Positions 37,699 to 47,785 are shown, counted from the stretch's first letter. The stretch is DNA of 64,000 nt from an uncultured Bacteroidales bacterium (GCA_963800585.1 CAWDBP010000007.1:371770-435769); one strand, 5' to 3'. Notes: a model not told the origin generated them from the sequence alone. A program made the numbers and translations.

Positions 37699-38478
37699 TT
37701 AGCTGTAAACCTTCGCCTCAATTCCCAGTTTGCCTAATTTCCCAGCAATTTTTTCCAACTCAAAGATACCAATTTTTTCAAGGTTGTGTGCAGGTGTAGC
37801 ACGTGAAACAGGGTAAATCATTACCAGGGATGGACGAATGAAGTCAAGGTGTTGCAACCAACCGGCCACTTCTATGTCATTAGTATTGTCAATGACTTCT
37901 CCCTTATATGATCCCCTGAGAAACATACTCTGGATAATCACTTTTCCATTAAAACTTTTAAGATTTCTTATAAGTTCGCCGAACTTTACGGAGCTGATAG
38001 GATTATTGATCTGAAGAAAAAGATGTTCAAAACCAGCATCCAATTTCTGAATATTGTAATCTAGCTTAAGTAAAGCATTAAAAACGGAAGGCTCATTGAT
38101 CATGGATGCATTAGAAAGGACGGAAACCTTGACACCGGGCATGTATTTATCCCGCATTGCAAGGGTGTCATCCACGATACCAGCAAAATCAGGATGCATG
38201 GTGGGTTCCCCATTACCTGCATAAGTCAGTACATCGGGAATATGATCTTCCTCAACGAGCTCTTTCAACCTGTACTCGAGATATTCCCTGACAAGTTCAC
38301 GTGATGGAAGATCGGGAATTGTATTCCTAATGTCAGGAGTCCATCCACATTCACAATAAATACAGTTGAACGAACAATATTTTGAATGGGAAGGTAAAAG
38401 ATTAATTCCCAGGGAGAGACCAAGCCGACGACTGCGGACCGGTCCGAAAATAACATCGTGAAAAAGGAATCCGGACAT
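37699..38478 (-). CDS. Radical SAM protein
   Basis: CSFNCIYCECGW (CxxxCxxC) is preceded by FGPVRSRRLGLSLGINLLP. ATG 38478 (MSGFLFHD) was chosen over the track start at 38499. Confidence 0.85.
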   Translation of the reverse strand: MSGFLFHDVIFGPVRSRRLGLSLGINLLPSHSKYCSFNCIYCECGWTPDIRNTIPDLPSRELVREYLEYRLKELVEEDHIPDVLTYAGNGEPTMHPDFAGIVDDTLAMRDKYMPGVKVSVLSNASMINEPSVFNALLKLDYNIQKLDAGFEHLFLQINNPISSVKFGELIRNLKSFNGKVIIQSMFLRGSYKGEVIDNTNDIEVAGWLQHLDFIRPSLVMIYPVSRATPAHNLEKIGIFELEKIAGKLGKLGIEAKVYS

Positions 38479-38575
38479 ATGGATAGAATTAGAGCACAAA
38501 TTTGAGAATTTTCCATTGATTAACTTACCGTTGCTGAACCAATTTTGATTATTTTTACAGAATCTAATATATCCG

Positions 38576-39550
38576 ATGTTATCACTTAAAGAGATTCAGG
38601 CCCCCGTTGCAGAACATCTTGGAAACTTTGAAAATAAATTCAGAGCCTCCCTGAAAAGCAGTGTTCCGTTATTGGACAAGATCATGCACTACATCGTGAA
38701 ACGAAAGGGAAAGCAGATGCGTCCACTTTTCGTATTCCTTACTGCTAGTGTCACCGGGGGTATCAGGGAATCTACCTACCGTGCTGCCTGCCTTATTGAA
38801 TTGCTTCATACCGCTACGCTGGTGCATGACGATGTTGTAGATGATTCAAACCTCCGGAGAGGTTATTTTTCCATCAATGCACTTTGGAAAAATAAAATCT
38901 CAGTCCTGGTAGGAGATTATCTCCTGTCAAAGGGATTATTGTTTTCTCTTGAAAATGATGATTACGATCTCCTCAGGATCGTCTCCAATGCCGTAAGAGA
39001 AATGAGTGAAGGAGAATTATTGCAGATAGAAAAAGCACGTCATCTCGACATTGGGGAAGAGATTTATTTCGAGATCATCCGCAAAAAAACCGCCTCCCTT
39101 ATTGCCTCCTGTTGTGCCTGTGGATCTGCTTCATCAGGTTCTGATCCGGTAACCATTGAAAAGATGCGTCTTTTCGGGGAATATACTGGAATTGCTTTCC
39201 AGATAAAAGACGATCTGTTTGATTATGAATCAGGAAATGCCACCGGTAAGCCTTCTGCTTTAGACATTAAAGAGCAGAAAATGACCCTTCCCCTGATACA
39301 CCTTTTGAATCATTCAGGTATAGCTGAAAAAAGATGGGTCGTCAATACAGTCAAAAACCATAATACAGAACCGGACCGGATTGCAGAGCTCGTTGAAAAG
39401 GTCACGGTGAAGGGAGGTATATCATATGCACACGAGAAAATGCTGGAAAACCGACAAAAGGCAATCGACCTTCTCTGCACTTTCCCGGAAAGCATTTACC
39501 GGAATTCACTCGAACAGCTCGTGATTTTTACCACTGAACGTAATAAATAA
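38576..39550 (+). CDS. ispB: Polyprenyl (octaprenyl-type) diphosphate synthase
   Basis: 324 aa with the first DDxxD LVHDDVVDD and the second DDxxD FQIKDDLFDY. Confidence 0.9.
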   Translation: MLSLKEIQAPVAEHLGNFENKFRASLKSSVPLLDKIMHYIVKRKGKQMRPLFVFLTASVTGGIRESTYRAACLIELLHTATLVHDDVVDDSNLRRGYFSINALWKNKISVLVGDYLLSKGLLFSLENDDYDLLRIVSNAVREMSEGELLQIEKARHLDIGEEIYFEIIRKKTASLIASCCACGSASSGSDPVTIEKMRLFGEYTGIAFQIKDDLFDYESGNATGKPSALDIKEQKMTLPLIHLLNHSGIAEKRWVVNTVKNHNTEPDRIAELVEKVTVKGGISYAHEKMLENRQKAIDLLCTFPESIYRNSLEQLVIFTTERNK

Positions 39551-39586
39551 GCCGAATTGATGTTTTCCAACAAAGCAGATTGTAAA

Positions 39587-40216
39587 ATGAAAATTATTCT
39601 CCGCAGTACTTTGTTAATTTTATTTTTTCTGGTAATATTTTCATCTTCAAATAAAGCACAGCGATTCAATGCCGGCTTAATGCTCGGGGGTGTTGTTAGT
39701 CAGGTTGATGGTGATACTTATTCTGGTTACACTAAATTCGGATATCTGGGCGGAGCTTATGTCGGTCTTCAGGTATCTCCTCATTCTTCCTTCCAGATGG
39801 AACTTGAATATATTCAGAAAGGTAGCAGGAATGACACCAACGCTACAGGGATCACCTCGTATTTACTAAGGATACACTACATTGAGGTTCCAATTTTATA
39901 CCAGTATATATTCAAAAGACGTTATTATTTTGAAGCAGGACCTGCTACAGATATTTATATTGGTTCACTTGAAATGAAAGATGGTATACAGGTTAATGGC
40001 GTTCCTTTCAGATCTGTGTGTTTTAGTGGGATTTTTGGTTTCGGAGCTTATGTTACCAAACATCTCCGCCTTAATTTAAGATCAAATTATTCTCTGAATT
40101 CCCTCAGGAGTAAAAATGATTATGGCTATTACCGTCGGATGTTATTTGAAAGAGGACAATATAATAATGTATTGTCTTTATCAGTTCTCTGGGATTTCAA
40201 GGCAAAAGACCTATAA
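39587..40216 (+). CDS. Outer-membrane beta-barrel (porin-family) protein
   Basis: Signal peptide MKIILRSTLLILFFLVIFSSSNKAQ is followed by alternating-hydrophobic strands typical of small Bacteroidota OMP barrels. ATG 39587 was chosen. Confidence 0.7.
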   Translation: MKIILRSTLLILFFLVIFSSSNKAQRFNAGLMLGGVVSQVDGDTYSGYTKFGYLGGAYVGLQVSPHSSFQMELEYIQKGSRNDTNATGITSYLLRIHYIEVPILYQYIFKRRYYFEAGPATDIYIGSLEMKDGIQVNGVPFRSVCFSGIFGFGAYVTKHLRLNLRSNYSLNSLRSKNDYGYYRRMLFERGQYNNVLSLSVLWDFKAKDL

Positions 40217-40279
40217 GATAACTAGTGAATTGGTGACGTGGGGGAATAATAAAATTTGTAAAAAAGTATTAACCCAAAG

Positions 40280-40846
40280 ATGAGGAGACTTAAATTAATT
40301 ATAGGGGTAACGGGTGCAAGCGGCTCCATTTATGGGAAATTACTGCTAGAGAAAGTAAAAAGCCTGGAAGATCAGGTTGAGGAATGCGGAGTAGTGTTTT
40401 CAGATAATGCAAGGGATGTATGGACCTATGAACTTGGTTCATTTGATGAGAAGCAGATTCCTTTCCGGGTGTATCGCCCGGATGATTTCTTTTCGCCGCT
40501 GGCTTCAGGTTCGGCAGGATTTGATGTGATGATTGTTTGTCCATGTACTATGGGAACCCTTGGAAGGATTGCATCGGGCGTTTCTTCCGACCTCCTTACA
40601 CGGGCAGCGGATGTTATCCTCAAAGAACGTAAAAAGCTCATTCTTGTTCCACGTGAGATGGCTTACAACCTGATCCATCTTAACAATATGAAACTACTTT
40701 CCGAGGCAGGGACAATTATCTGCCCTGCATCGCCTTCCTTCTACAGTAAACCTCAAACTATTGAAGAATCAGTAATGACAGTTATCGATCGTGTCTTAAT
40801 CCTGGCAGGTTTTGAATTTCCTTCATTCCATTGGGGGAATTCTTAA
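40280..40846 (+). CDS. ubiX: UbiX-family flavin prenyltransferase
   Basis: 188 aa with IIGVTGASGSIYG, VCPCTMGTLGRIASG and LVPREMAYN. Confidence 0.92.
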   Translation: MRRLKLIIGVTGASGSIYGKLLLEKVKSLEDQVEECGVVFSDNARDVWTYELGSFDEKQIPFRVYRPDDFFSPLASGSAGFDVMIVCPCTMGTLGRIASGVSSDLLTRAADVILKERKKLILVPREMAYNLIHLNNMKLLSEAGTIICPASPSFYSKPQTIEESVMTVIDRVLILAGFEFPSFHWGNS

Positions 40847-40849
40847 TGC

Positions 40850-40891
40850 CCCCACCCCCTGGCCCTCTCCCCCAAGAAGGAGGGGGAAGAA
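40850..40891. repeat. CCCCACCCCCTG hairpin element, copy 2 (directly after the ubiX stop)
   Basis: CCCCACCCCCTG is followed by the stem TCCCCC (40868-40873) / GGGGGA (40882-40887). It aligns with copy 1 at 4881-4922. Confidence 0.55.
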
Positions 40892-40953
40892 AAAATACAT
40901 AAAATCATATTACTTTTTTCATTTCAACCGAAAAAGTTATTCTAGGTGCATTT

Positions 40954-41604
40954 TCATTTATTTTTTTTTGCAAACCCGTACCTTATTCCGATACCTGCAT
41001 TTAACCAACCAACCATTAACGGGTCTGTTGTTCCCTTCAAACCTGATGCTCCAAAACCTGATATTTCCGGATGAATGGAAACAAATACTGAGATTCTATG
41101 AGCAATTAATTCTTTAAGCTCATAATCAACTAAAAACCCAAAACTTATTGCAGGTCTGATGTGATGATCAGAAATATGCTGTTGATGGTCAATGTTGCCA
41201 GGGAATGTCGTACTTGTCTCTTCAATCATTTCGTTGACAATTATATAACATAAACCCAATTCAGGACCGATAAATAGAAGAGATTTTGATTTTTTAAGAA
41301 TGTTGAATGAACAATTGAACTTAAGTGCAATTTTTTGATTATGGGGCTTGACTTTATCGATGTATTTTGTGAGAACATCACCTGTATACTTGTTTTCAAA
41401 GGGGAAACAATTGAGGAGATATTCTAAACAGAAACCAATCCTGCTCTTCGGTTTAACAAATTCATTAATTCCAATACCAAGACCGAACGAGTTGTGAAAT
41501 TCAACAGAACTGCTCGCAGCATAAATTCCTGTTACTTCAAGTTCCTGCGATTGTGAAGCAAGAGAAATTATTAAAAATATCAAACAAAGTACTACTCTTA
41601 TCAT
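40954..41604 (-). CDS. Putative outer-membrane beta-barrel protein
   Basis: 216 aa with signal peptide MIRVVLCLIFLIISLASQSQ, strand-like alternation, and a C-terminal ...GIGIRYGF followed by a short basic tail. Confidence 0.55.
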   Translation of the reverse strand: MIRVVLCLIFLIISLASQSQELEVTGIYAASSSVEFHNSFGLGIGINEFVKPKSRIGFCLEYLLNCFPFENKYTGDVLTKYIDKVKPHNQKIALKFNCSFNILKKSKSLLFIGPELGLCYIIVNEMIEETSTTFPGNIDHQQHISDHHIRPAISFGFLVDYELKELIAHRISVFVSIHPEISGFGASGLKGTTDPLMVGWLNAGIGIRYGFAKKNK

Positions 41605-42363
41605 TTGTCGTTTTGAAAAGGTCCAACATGTCTCTTTCTTTCCGGCAATCTGAAAATAAAGCCAAGATCCATTGCAAATTGTATAGGGTTAAAATCAGGG
41701 CGGGTAACATTAACTGAAAATCCCATATCAGCAGTTAAACCGAAATACCGGTTGAAGAACCAGTCTCCGCCAATCATCAGCGAAGGGCCATAAGCTGTCC
41801 GGACCCTATCATGATAGTCATAATATTTATTTGTATCGGTTTTCGTCTTTACCATCTTATCGGCGGGGAAAGTCCCGAATTGAAGATCTATAAACCATCC
41901 TTTGTAAAAGAAATCTTGACCCCCGCAGAAAAATTTAGGGTGGCAAGATGTTCAGCAGTCCCGAATGGCGAAATGCCGATTCCAGCATGATACCCCCAGC
42001 CTTGTAATCCGCCCCATCTATGCTGAAACCTGAGCCCAAAAAACCGTGACTTTCCCCAAAGCCTAATGAAAGCGAATTATATTCATTTTTTCCGTTTGAA
42101 AAATATTTTTCAGATCGCTGGGGTAAATGAATTCCAAAGATTTCTTCTTTTTCATTTCTGTAAGTTATCATATAGACCTCACGGGAAGCTATCTCCCTGA
42201 TAAGTCCATCGGGATCATCAGTCATATGATACCTGATTTTTTCTTTAGAAACTCCCAAAATAGTGGCAGCGACTTTCTGACCATTCATAAGGTAAATAAT
42301 ATCCTGTGAAAAAGAAGTGCTGAAAATAAATAGAAAGAAGACGAGGAGGAAGATCTGTTTCAT
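41601..42363 (-). pseudogene. Outer-membrane beta-barrel gene split by two frameshifts
   Basis: ORF 41935-42363 (signal peptide MKQIFLLVFFLFIFSTSFSQ) and ORF 41601-41855 can be joined through a third frame. That frame reads FFGLRFQHRWGGLQGWGYHAGIGISPFGTAEHLATLNFSAG. The frame changes are placeable at an A6 run (42038-42043) and a C5 run (41920-41924). Confidence 0.55.
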
Positions 42364-42411
42364 ATAAAAAAGATTTTCTTCCTTATAATACACGTAACAC
42401 TGCGATGACCC

Positions 42412-43335
42412 TTAATGGTATTTCGCTGCGTTGTGTATATTCTTCATCAGCTTCTCATAGCCAATCCTGTGGATAGCTGAGTCCCTGAAGAGGATCTCAA
42501 ATTGAGCTTCTGTCAATTGAAGCCAATCTTTTTTACGGTATGATCTCAATTCCTGACCAGGGAGGAATTCAGTAACGCCATGAGGCACGGCTAACCTGTT
42601 ATAAGGGCAAACATCCTGACAAATATCACATCCGTAGATACGATCATGAAACTTATCTTTTAATTCTGCCGGAGTATCATTCTGTTCATAAATGGTCAGA
42701 TAAGCCAGGCATTTCGATGGATTAAGTTCGACAGGATTTTCCAATGCACCGGTCGGACAGGTTTCCAGGCATAACCTGCAATTTCCGCAATGATCAGTTT
42801 CCGGTGAATCCGGTTCAATTTGAAGGTCGGTAAGGATTATTGCAATGAAATGAAAAGATCCTCTCTCAGGATTGATAAGAAGAGTGTTTTTACCTGTCCA
42901 TCCCAGACCGCATTGCTTTGCCCATGCTTTTTCAAGGACAGGTCCCCGGTCGATAAATGCCTTTGCCTTCATCTCCCCGAGTACCTCCTTCATAAATTGT
43001 ATCAGGGTATGGGTTCGTTCTTTTAATACTTCATGATAGTCCTTCCCATATGCATATTTTGAAATAATGAAGTTATTTTCTTCCTGAATGATCTCTGGTG
43101 GAAAATAATTCAACAATAGCCCGATGACAGTTTGTGTGCCTTCAAATAAAAGCCTGGGATCGATTCTTTTCTCAGGATCCCGTTCAAGGTAATGAAGTCC
43201 GGCGTTTCTTTTTTCCAGGAGATAAGAGAAGAAAAAGTCGCGTTCCTGGTCCAGGGATCCGGCTTTCGCGAAACCACAGAAGGAAAACCCCAATTCAATG
43301 GCTTTGGTTTTTATTTTCTGACTGGAAATTTCCAT
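42412..43335 (-). CDS. queG: Epoxyqueuosine reductase
   Basis: 307 aa with the two 4Fe-4S motifs CGNCRLCLETCPTGA and CDICQDVCPYN. Confidence 0.92.
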   Translation of the reverse strand: MEISSQKIKTKAIELGFSFCGFAKAGSLDQERDFFFSYLLEKRNAGLHYLERDPEKRIDPRLLFEGTQTVIGLLLNYFPPEIIQEENNFIISKYAYGKDYHEVLKERTHTLIQFMKEVLGEMKAKAFIDRGPVLEKAWAKQCGLGWTGKNTLLINPERGSFHFIAIILTDLQIEPDSPETDHCGNCRLCLETCPTGALENPVELNPSKCLAYLTIYEQNDTPAELKDKFHDRIYGCDICQDVCPYNRLAVPHGVTEFLPGQELRSYRKKDWLQLTEAQFEILFRDSAIHRIGYEKLMKNIHNAAKYH

Positions 43336-43344
43336 TACTCTGAA

Positions 43345-44367
43345 TCAGAATAATTTTGCCTGGGGATCGCTTTTAATTTTTCCGAGATGCTTGTAGGCAG
43401 CTTCAGTAGTTTCCCGGCCTCTTGGGGTGCGCATGAGGTAACCTTCCTGGATGAGAAATGGTTCATAAACTTCTTCAATGGTACCGGGATCTTCAGAAAC
43501 TGCAGTAGCAATGGTATTAAGCCCTACCGGTCCTCCTTTGAATTTATCGATGATGGTCAAAAGAATTTTGTTATCCATCTCATCCAGTCCATGCTTATCT
43601 ACATTCAATGCAGTCAATGCATATTGGCTGATCTTTAGGTCAATATTTCCATCCCCTTTGATTTGTGCGAAGTCGCGTACTCGCCTTAATAGAAGGTTAG
43701 CGATACGGGGAGTTCCACGGCTGCGACGGGCAATTTCCGACGTTGCTTCTGGTGAAATGGGCACCTTGAGAATCTCGGCCGAGCGTAAGATAATGCGTTC
43801 AAGGGTTGCTGCAGTATAATAATTAAGACGGGAATTGATCCCGAATCTTGACCGGAGAGGTGCTGTAAGCAGTCCCGAACGTGTGGTAGCACCAATTAAA
43901 GTAAAGGGGTTGAGTTTTATCTGGATGCTGCGTGCATTTGGCCCTGTCTCAATCATGATATCGATTTTGAAATCTTCCATGGCCGAATACAAATACTCTT
44001 CCACGACAGGGCTCAACCGGTGGATCTCGTCAATGAATAAAACATCATTTTCTTCCAGGTTCGTGAGAATACCGGCAAGATCACCGGGTTTATCCAGTAC
44101 TGGCCCCGAACTGACCCTGATATTGACTTTCAGCTCATTGGCTATGATATGGGAGAGGGTGGTTTTACCCAATCCGGGAGGGCCATGTAACAACACATGA
44201 TCGAGTGGTTCTTTCCTTTGTTTGGCAGCCTGAACAAATATTTTCAGGTTCTCAATGATGTTTTCCTGTCCTGCGAATTCAACAAACTCCGTTGGCCTGA
44301 GAACCTTCTCTATTTCCTTCTCAACATTGTTTAATTGATTCCCTGTTGGGTCAAGGTTGTCATTCAT
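43345..44367 (-). CDS. ruvB: Holliday junction branch migration helicase RuvB
   Basis: Motifs are [23 protein letters not shown] and [20 protein letters not shown] 44367 (MNDNLDP) was chosen over the track start at 44406. Confidence 0.95.
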   Translation of the reverse strand: MNDNLDPTGNQLNNVEKEIEKVLRPTEFVEFAGQENIIENLKIFVQAAKQRKEPLDHVLLHGPPGLGKTTLSHIIANELKVNIRVSSGPVLDKPGDLAGILTNLEENDVLFIDEIHRLSPVVEEYLYSAMEDFKIDIMIETGPNARSIQIKLNPFTLIGATTRSGLLTAPLRSRFGINSRLNYYTAATLERIILRSAEILKVPISPEATSEIARRSRGTPRIANLLLRRVRDFAQIKGDGNIDLKISQYALTALNVDKHGLDEMDNKILLTIIDKFKGGPVGLNTIATAVSEDPGTIEEVYEPFLIQEGYLMRTPRGRETTEAAYKHLGKIKSDPQAKLF

Positions 44368-44431
44368 TTTTAGGTGGTTAAAGCATAATACAGGATCAGA
44401 ATGCAAATTAGAATCCTGCTTTAGCTTAGTA

Positions 44432-44439
44432 CAAAAATA
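44432..44439 (-). promoter_or_regulatory. Bacteroidota -7 promoter box (TATTTTTG) for ruvB
   Basis: CAAAAATA on the + strand is TAnnTTTG on the minus strand, 65 nt upstream of ATG 44367. Confidence 0.35.
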
Positions 44440-44541
44440 ACAAAATTCGCTTTAAGACTTAATTAATTCTATCCCTAAAGTATATTGTGAAAATAAAATT
44501 TGTGTAATTTTACGTCTGATTATTACCCAGATTTACTAAAA

Positions 44542-45381
44542 ATGCAGCCGATTGTAGTCGCCGTAGATTTTTCAAACACTTCTATTCATGCCCTTGAGTA
44601 TTCTATTCCCTTAGCTAACAAGCTAAGATCAAATATAATCATGGTATGGGTGGATAAAATTGCAGCTACAGAAGGCATCTATTCTGATACTTCCAATGAA
44701 AACCGGATTGAAGCAAAGAAAAGGTTTGAAGAGATAATCCGGCATTATCAAAAGCAGGTTTCGAAAGATATTAAACTTGATTACAAACTCAGGAAAGGGA
44801 AGATCTATCATGAACTTGATGGACTTGCAAGAACCATTGGCGCTTTGATGATCATTACAGGTGCGCATGGAATCTCTGGGTTTGAAGAATTCTGGATCGG
44901 TAGTAATGCATTTAAGATCGTTACTTATTCAACCTGTCCGGTGATAACAGTAAGGCATGACTTCATTGAAGGGAAGAATATTGATAAAATCCTGGTCCCT
45001 ATTGATAGTTCAACCGAAACCCTTCAGAAACTTCCTTTCGTTGCAAAACTGGCAAATGTCTTTGGGTCGGAAATACATATTATTGCCACTCATTACAGTC
45101 AATTGAAATCTGTACAACGGATCGCAGAAAATCTGGCAGATCAGGCAGCCAAATATCTTGAGAAACACAAAGTAAAATTGGTGAGAGATAGAATTATCTC
45201 AAACGACATCACCAAAATGACCATTGATTATGCCTTGAAAATAGGTGCAGACCTTATTAGCATTATGACAGAACAGGAAACTCCTGCCAATATTCTCCTC
45301 GGCCCACATGCACAACAACTGGTGAACCAGTCTCCGGTTCCGATATTAAGTATTCATCCATTGGAACATTTTTGTTTATGA
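44542..45381 (+). CDS. Tandem-domain universal stress protein (UspA family)
   Basis: Two USP modules are present: IVVAVDFSNTS...ITGAHG and ILVPIDSSTET.... ATG 44542 was chosen. Confidence 0.85.
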   Translation: MQPIVVAVDFSNTSIHALEYSIPLANKLRSNIIMVWVDKIAATEGIYSDTSNENRIEAKKRFEEIIRHYQKQVSKDIKLDYKLRKGKIYHELDGLARTIGALMIITGAHGISGFEEFWIGSNAFKIVTYSTCPVITVRHDFIEGKNIDKILVPIDSSTETLQKLPFVAKLANVFGSEIHIIATHYSQLKSVQRIAENLADQAAKYLEKHKVKLVRDRIISNDITKMTIDYALKIGADLISIMTEQETPANILLGPHAQQLVNQSPVPILSIHPLEHFCL

Positions 45382-45821
45382 TCCGTAAAAGTTATCATAA
45401 GATCCTGATTTCATTGTTTGTCATGTTTCTTTTTAACACCGGCACATTCAGGGATTTTGCTCAGGAAACAAACAAAGAAAAAGGCCATATTCAGATTATT
45501 CAGGATGACAAGGTTGATTTACTTGTTAGCAAGCATATCCAAATAAACCAAAACAAAAAAGGTATTGAAGGATACCGGATTCAGATTTTTTTTGATTCGG
45601 GAAACAACTCAAAGACAAAAGCGCAGTCTATCTATGAAGGATTTAAAGAGAAATATCCGGAAATAAGGGCATACCTTACATTCTCGGCGCCGAATTACAA
45701 GGTAAGGGTTGGGGATTTTCGAACCCACCTTGATGCTCAGCGATTTTTGAACACTATTATTGAAGAATACCAGAATGCCTGGATCATAGCAGATTTAATC
45801 AATTTGCCAATTGTGGAATAA
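45378..45821 (+). CDS. SPOR-domain protein with N-terminal membrane anchor
   Basis: The C-terminus GYRIQIFFDSGNNSKTKAQSIYEGFKEKYPEIRAYLTFSAPNYKVRVGDFRTHLDAQRFLN is a SPOR-type repeat. An ATGA overlap joins it to the upstream USP stop. Confidence 0.8.
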   Translation: MIRKSYHKILISLFVMFLFNTGTFRDFAQETNKEKGHIQIIQDDKVDLLVSKHIQINQNKKGIEGYRIQIFFDSGNNSKTKAQSIYEGFKEKYPEIRAYLTFSAPNYKVRVGDFRTHLDAQRFLNTIIEEYQNAWIIADLINLPIVE

Positions 45822-45837
45822 ACAAATACGGAAAGTT

Positions 45838-46686
45838 ATGAATACAATTGTGGTCGCCATTGATTTTTCGGAAAGCTCGATGAATGCTTTTCGTCATGCA
45901 TTATCTATTGCACAGAAATGCAAAACTGATATAGACCTGGTTTGGGTGCGAAAATCAGCAGAAGAAAAAGATAAATTTGACACCGGGGGAGACCCGACAA
46001 AAGAAGTCAAAACACAATTTGATGAATTGGTTGCAAAGTACAAGCCTCAATTACCAGGGAATAAAATAAATTTCAAGATCCGGACTGGGAAAGTTTACAA
46101 AGAAATAACAGATGAGGCAAAGGAATGCAAGGCTATATTGGTAGTCACCGGTACCCATGGCGCTTCGGTCTTTGTTGAATTCTGGATTGGCAGCAATGCA
46201 AATCGTATCGTTTCGCTTTCCCCATGCCCTGTTCTCACCATCCGGAGTAGCATTGATGTTCAACGTCCACTTGAGAGGATCGTCTTTCCTATAGACAGCA
46301 CAGCAGAAACCCGGCAGAAAGCTAAATTCACAGGATATCTTGCAAAGAAATTCGATGCCAAGATTCATATTCTATCCTTGTACACCACAAAAGTCAAGGC
46401 AGTAAGACGGAATGTTGACTCATATTCCCAGCAGGTTGCTAAATATTTTGAAGACGAAGGAGTCAGAAGTTTAATTACCAGCACGGAAGCCGACAATATT
46501 GCAGATACAATGATCAACTATGGGAAAAGTATAGATGCTAACCTGATCTCTATCATGACCCAACAGGAAACGAATACCGCCAACCTCTGGATGGGCCCGT
46601 ATGCTCAACAAACAATTAACCGGTCGCCGATCCCTGTATTGTGTATTCGGCCAATTAATACCCTTGCTGCAGGGCTTGGGTTCTAA
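45838..46686 (+). CDS. Tandem-domain universal stress protein (paralogue of 44542-45381)
   Basis: Same architecture and collinear similarity to the first USP: IVVAIDFSESS...VTGTHG and IVFPIDSTAET.... ATG 45838 was chosen. Confidence 0.85.
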   Translation: MNTIVVAIDFSESSMNAFRHALSIAQKCKTDIDLVWVRKSAEEKDKFDTGGDPTKEVKTQFDELVAKYKPQLPGNKINFKIRTGKVYKEITDEAKECKAILVVTGTHGASVFVEFWIGSNANRIVSLSPCPVLTIRSSIDVQRPLERIVFPIDSTAETRQKAKFTGYLAKKFDAKIHILSLYTTKVKAVRRNVDSYSQQVAKYFEDEGVRSLITSTEADNIADTMINYGKSIDANLISIMTQQETNTANLWMGPYAQQTINRSPIPVLCIRPINTLAAGLGF

Positions 46687-47762
46687 TAGCGGTTGAGACA
46701 ATTCAGATCGGCAAAGGCGACTTTCAGCCGTTCCACAATTGATTTTTCGCCTTCACGCAACCAGGCGCGCGGATCATAAAACTTTTTGTTTGGCTTGTCT
46801 TCGCCTTCAGGGTTCCCAATCTGACTCTGGAGATATGCTTCATTCTTCTTGTAATATTTCATTACTCCTTCCCAAAATGCCCACTGCGTATCAGTATCAA
46901 TATTCATTTTGACCACACCATAGGTGAGAGCTTCTTTAATTTTTTCCGGTTCGGATCCCGAACCTCCGTGAAATACGAAATTTACCGGATTCGGTCCTGT
47001 TTTATAATGATCCTGGATGTAAAGCTGGGAATTGTGAAGAATAATAGGTTGTAATTTTACATTTCCAGGTTTGTAAACTCCGTGAACATTGCCGAATGAA
47101 GCTGCGATGGTAAAATGATCACTTATCTTGCTTAATTCTTCGAATGCAAATGCCACATGTTCAGGCTGGGTATAAAGACGTGAGCTGTCGATGCCTGTAT
47201 TGTCAATACCGTCCTCTTCACCGCCGGTCACTCCTAACTCGATTTCAAGTGTCATTCCTATTTTGCTCATGCGATCAAGGTAACGTTTGCTGATTTCTAT
47301 ATTTTCGGCCAATGGCTCCTCAGAAAGATCGAGCATATGTGAGCTGAACAAAGGTTTCCCATTCTTTTTGAAATAAGCCTCACCAGCTTCCAGCAATCCG
47401 TCGATCCAGGGAAGTAATTTTTTAGCCGCATGGTCTGTATGAACAACCACTGGGATGCCATATAATTCAGCAACTTCATGAATGTGCATGGCGCCGGAGA
47501 TAGATCCTTTAATTGAAACAATTTCGTTGCTATTCGATAAGGACTTCCCTGCATAGAAAATCCCTCCACCGTTAGAAAACTGTATGATTACAGGCGAGTT
47601 AACAGCTTTCGCTGCTTCCATTATGGCATTTACGGTATCCGTACCGGTTGCATTAACGGCAGGTAAAGCAAACTGATTAGCTTTTGCAATGCGGAAGATC
47701 TCCTGGAGGTCTTTTCCTGTGGCTACACCCGGAGCGACTTTATTTGAAATTTTTTCTGACAT
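46683..47762 (-). CDS. fba: Class II fructose-bisphosphate aldolase
   Basis: Motifs are VVVHTDHAAK, SSHMLDLSEE, GVTGGEEDG and FVFHGGSGS. ATG 47762 (MSEKISNK) was chosen. Confidence 0.93.
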   Translation of the reverse strand: MSEKISNKVAPGVATGKDLQEIFRIAKANQFALPAVNATGTDTVNAIMEAAKAVNSPVIIQFSNGGGIFYAGKSLSNSNEIVSIKGSISGAMHIHEVAELYGIPVVVHTDHAAKKLLPWIDGLLEAGEAYFKKNGKPLFSSHMLDLSEEPLAENIEISKRYLDRMSKIGMTLEIELGVTGGEEDGIDNTGIDSSRLYTQPEHVAFAFEELSKISDHFTIAASFGNVHGVYKPGNVKLQPIILHNSQLYIQDHYKTGPNPVNFVFHGGSGSEPEKIKEALTYGVVKMNIDTDTQWAFWEGVMKYYKKNEAYLQSQIGNPEGEDKPNKKFYDPRAWLREGEKSIVERLKVAFADLNCLNRY

Positions 47763-47785
47763 AACAAATAGGATTAAATTTTTTT

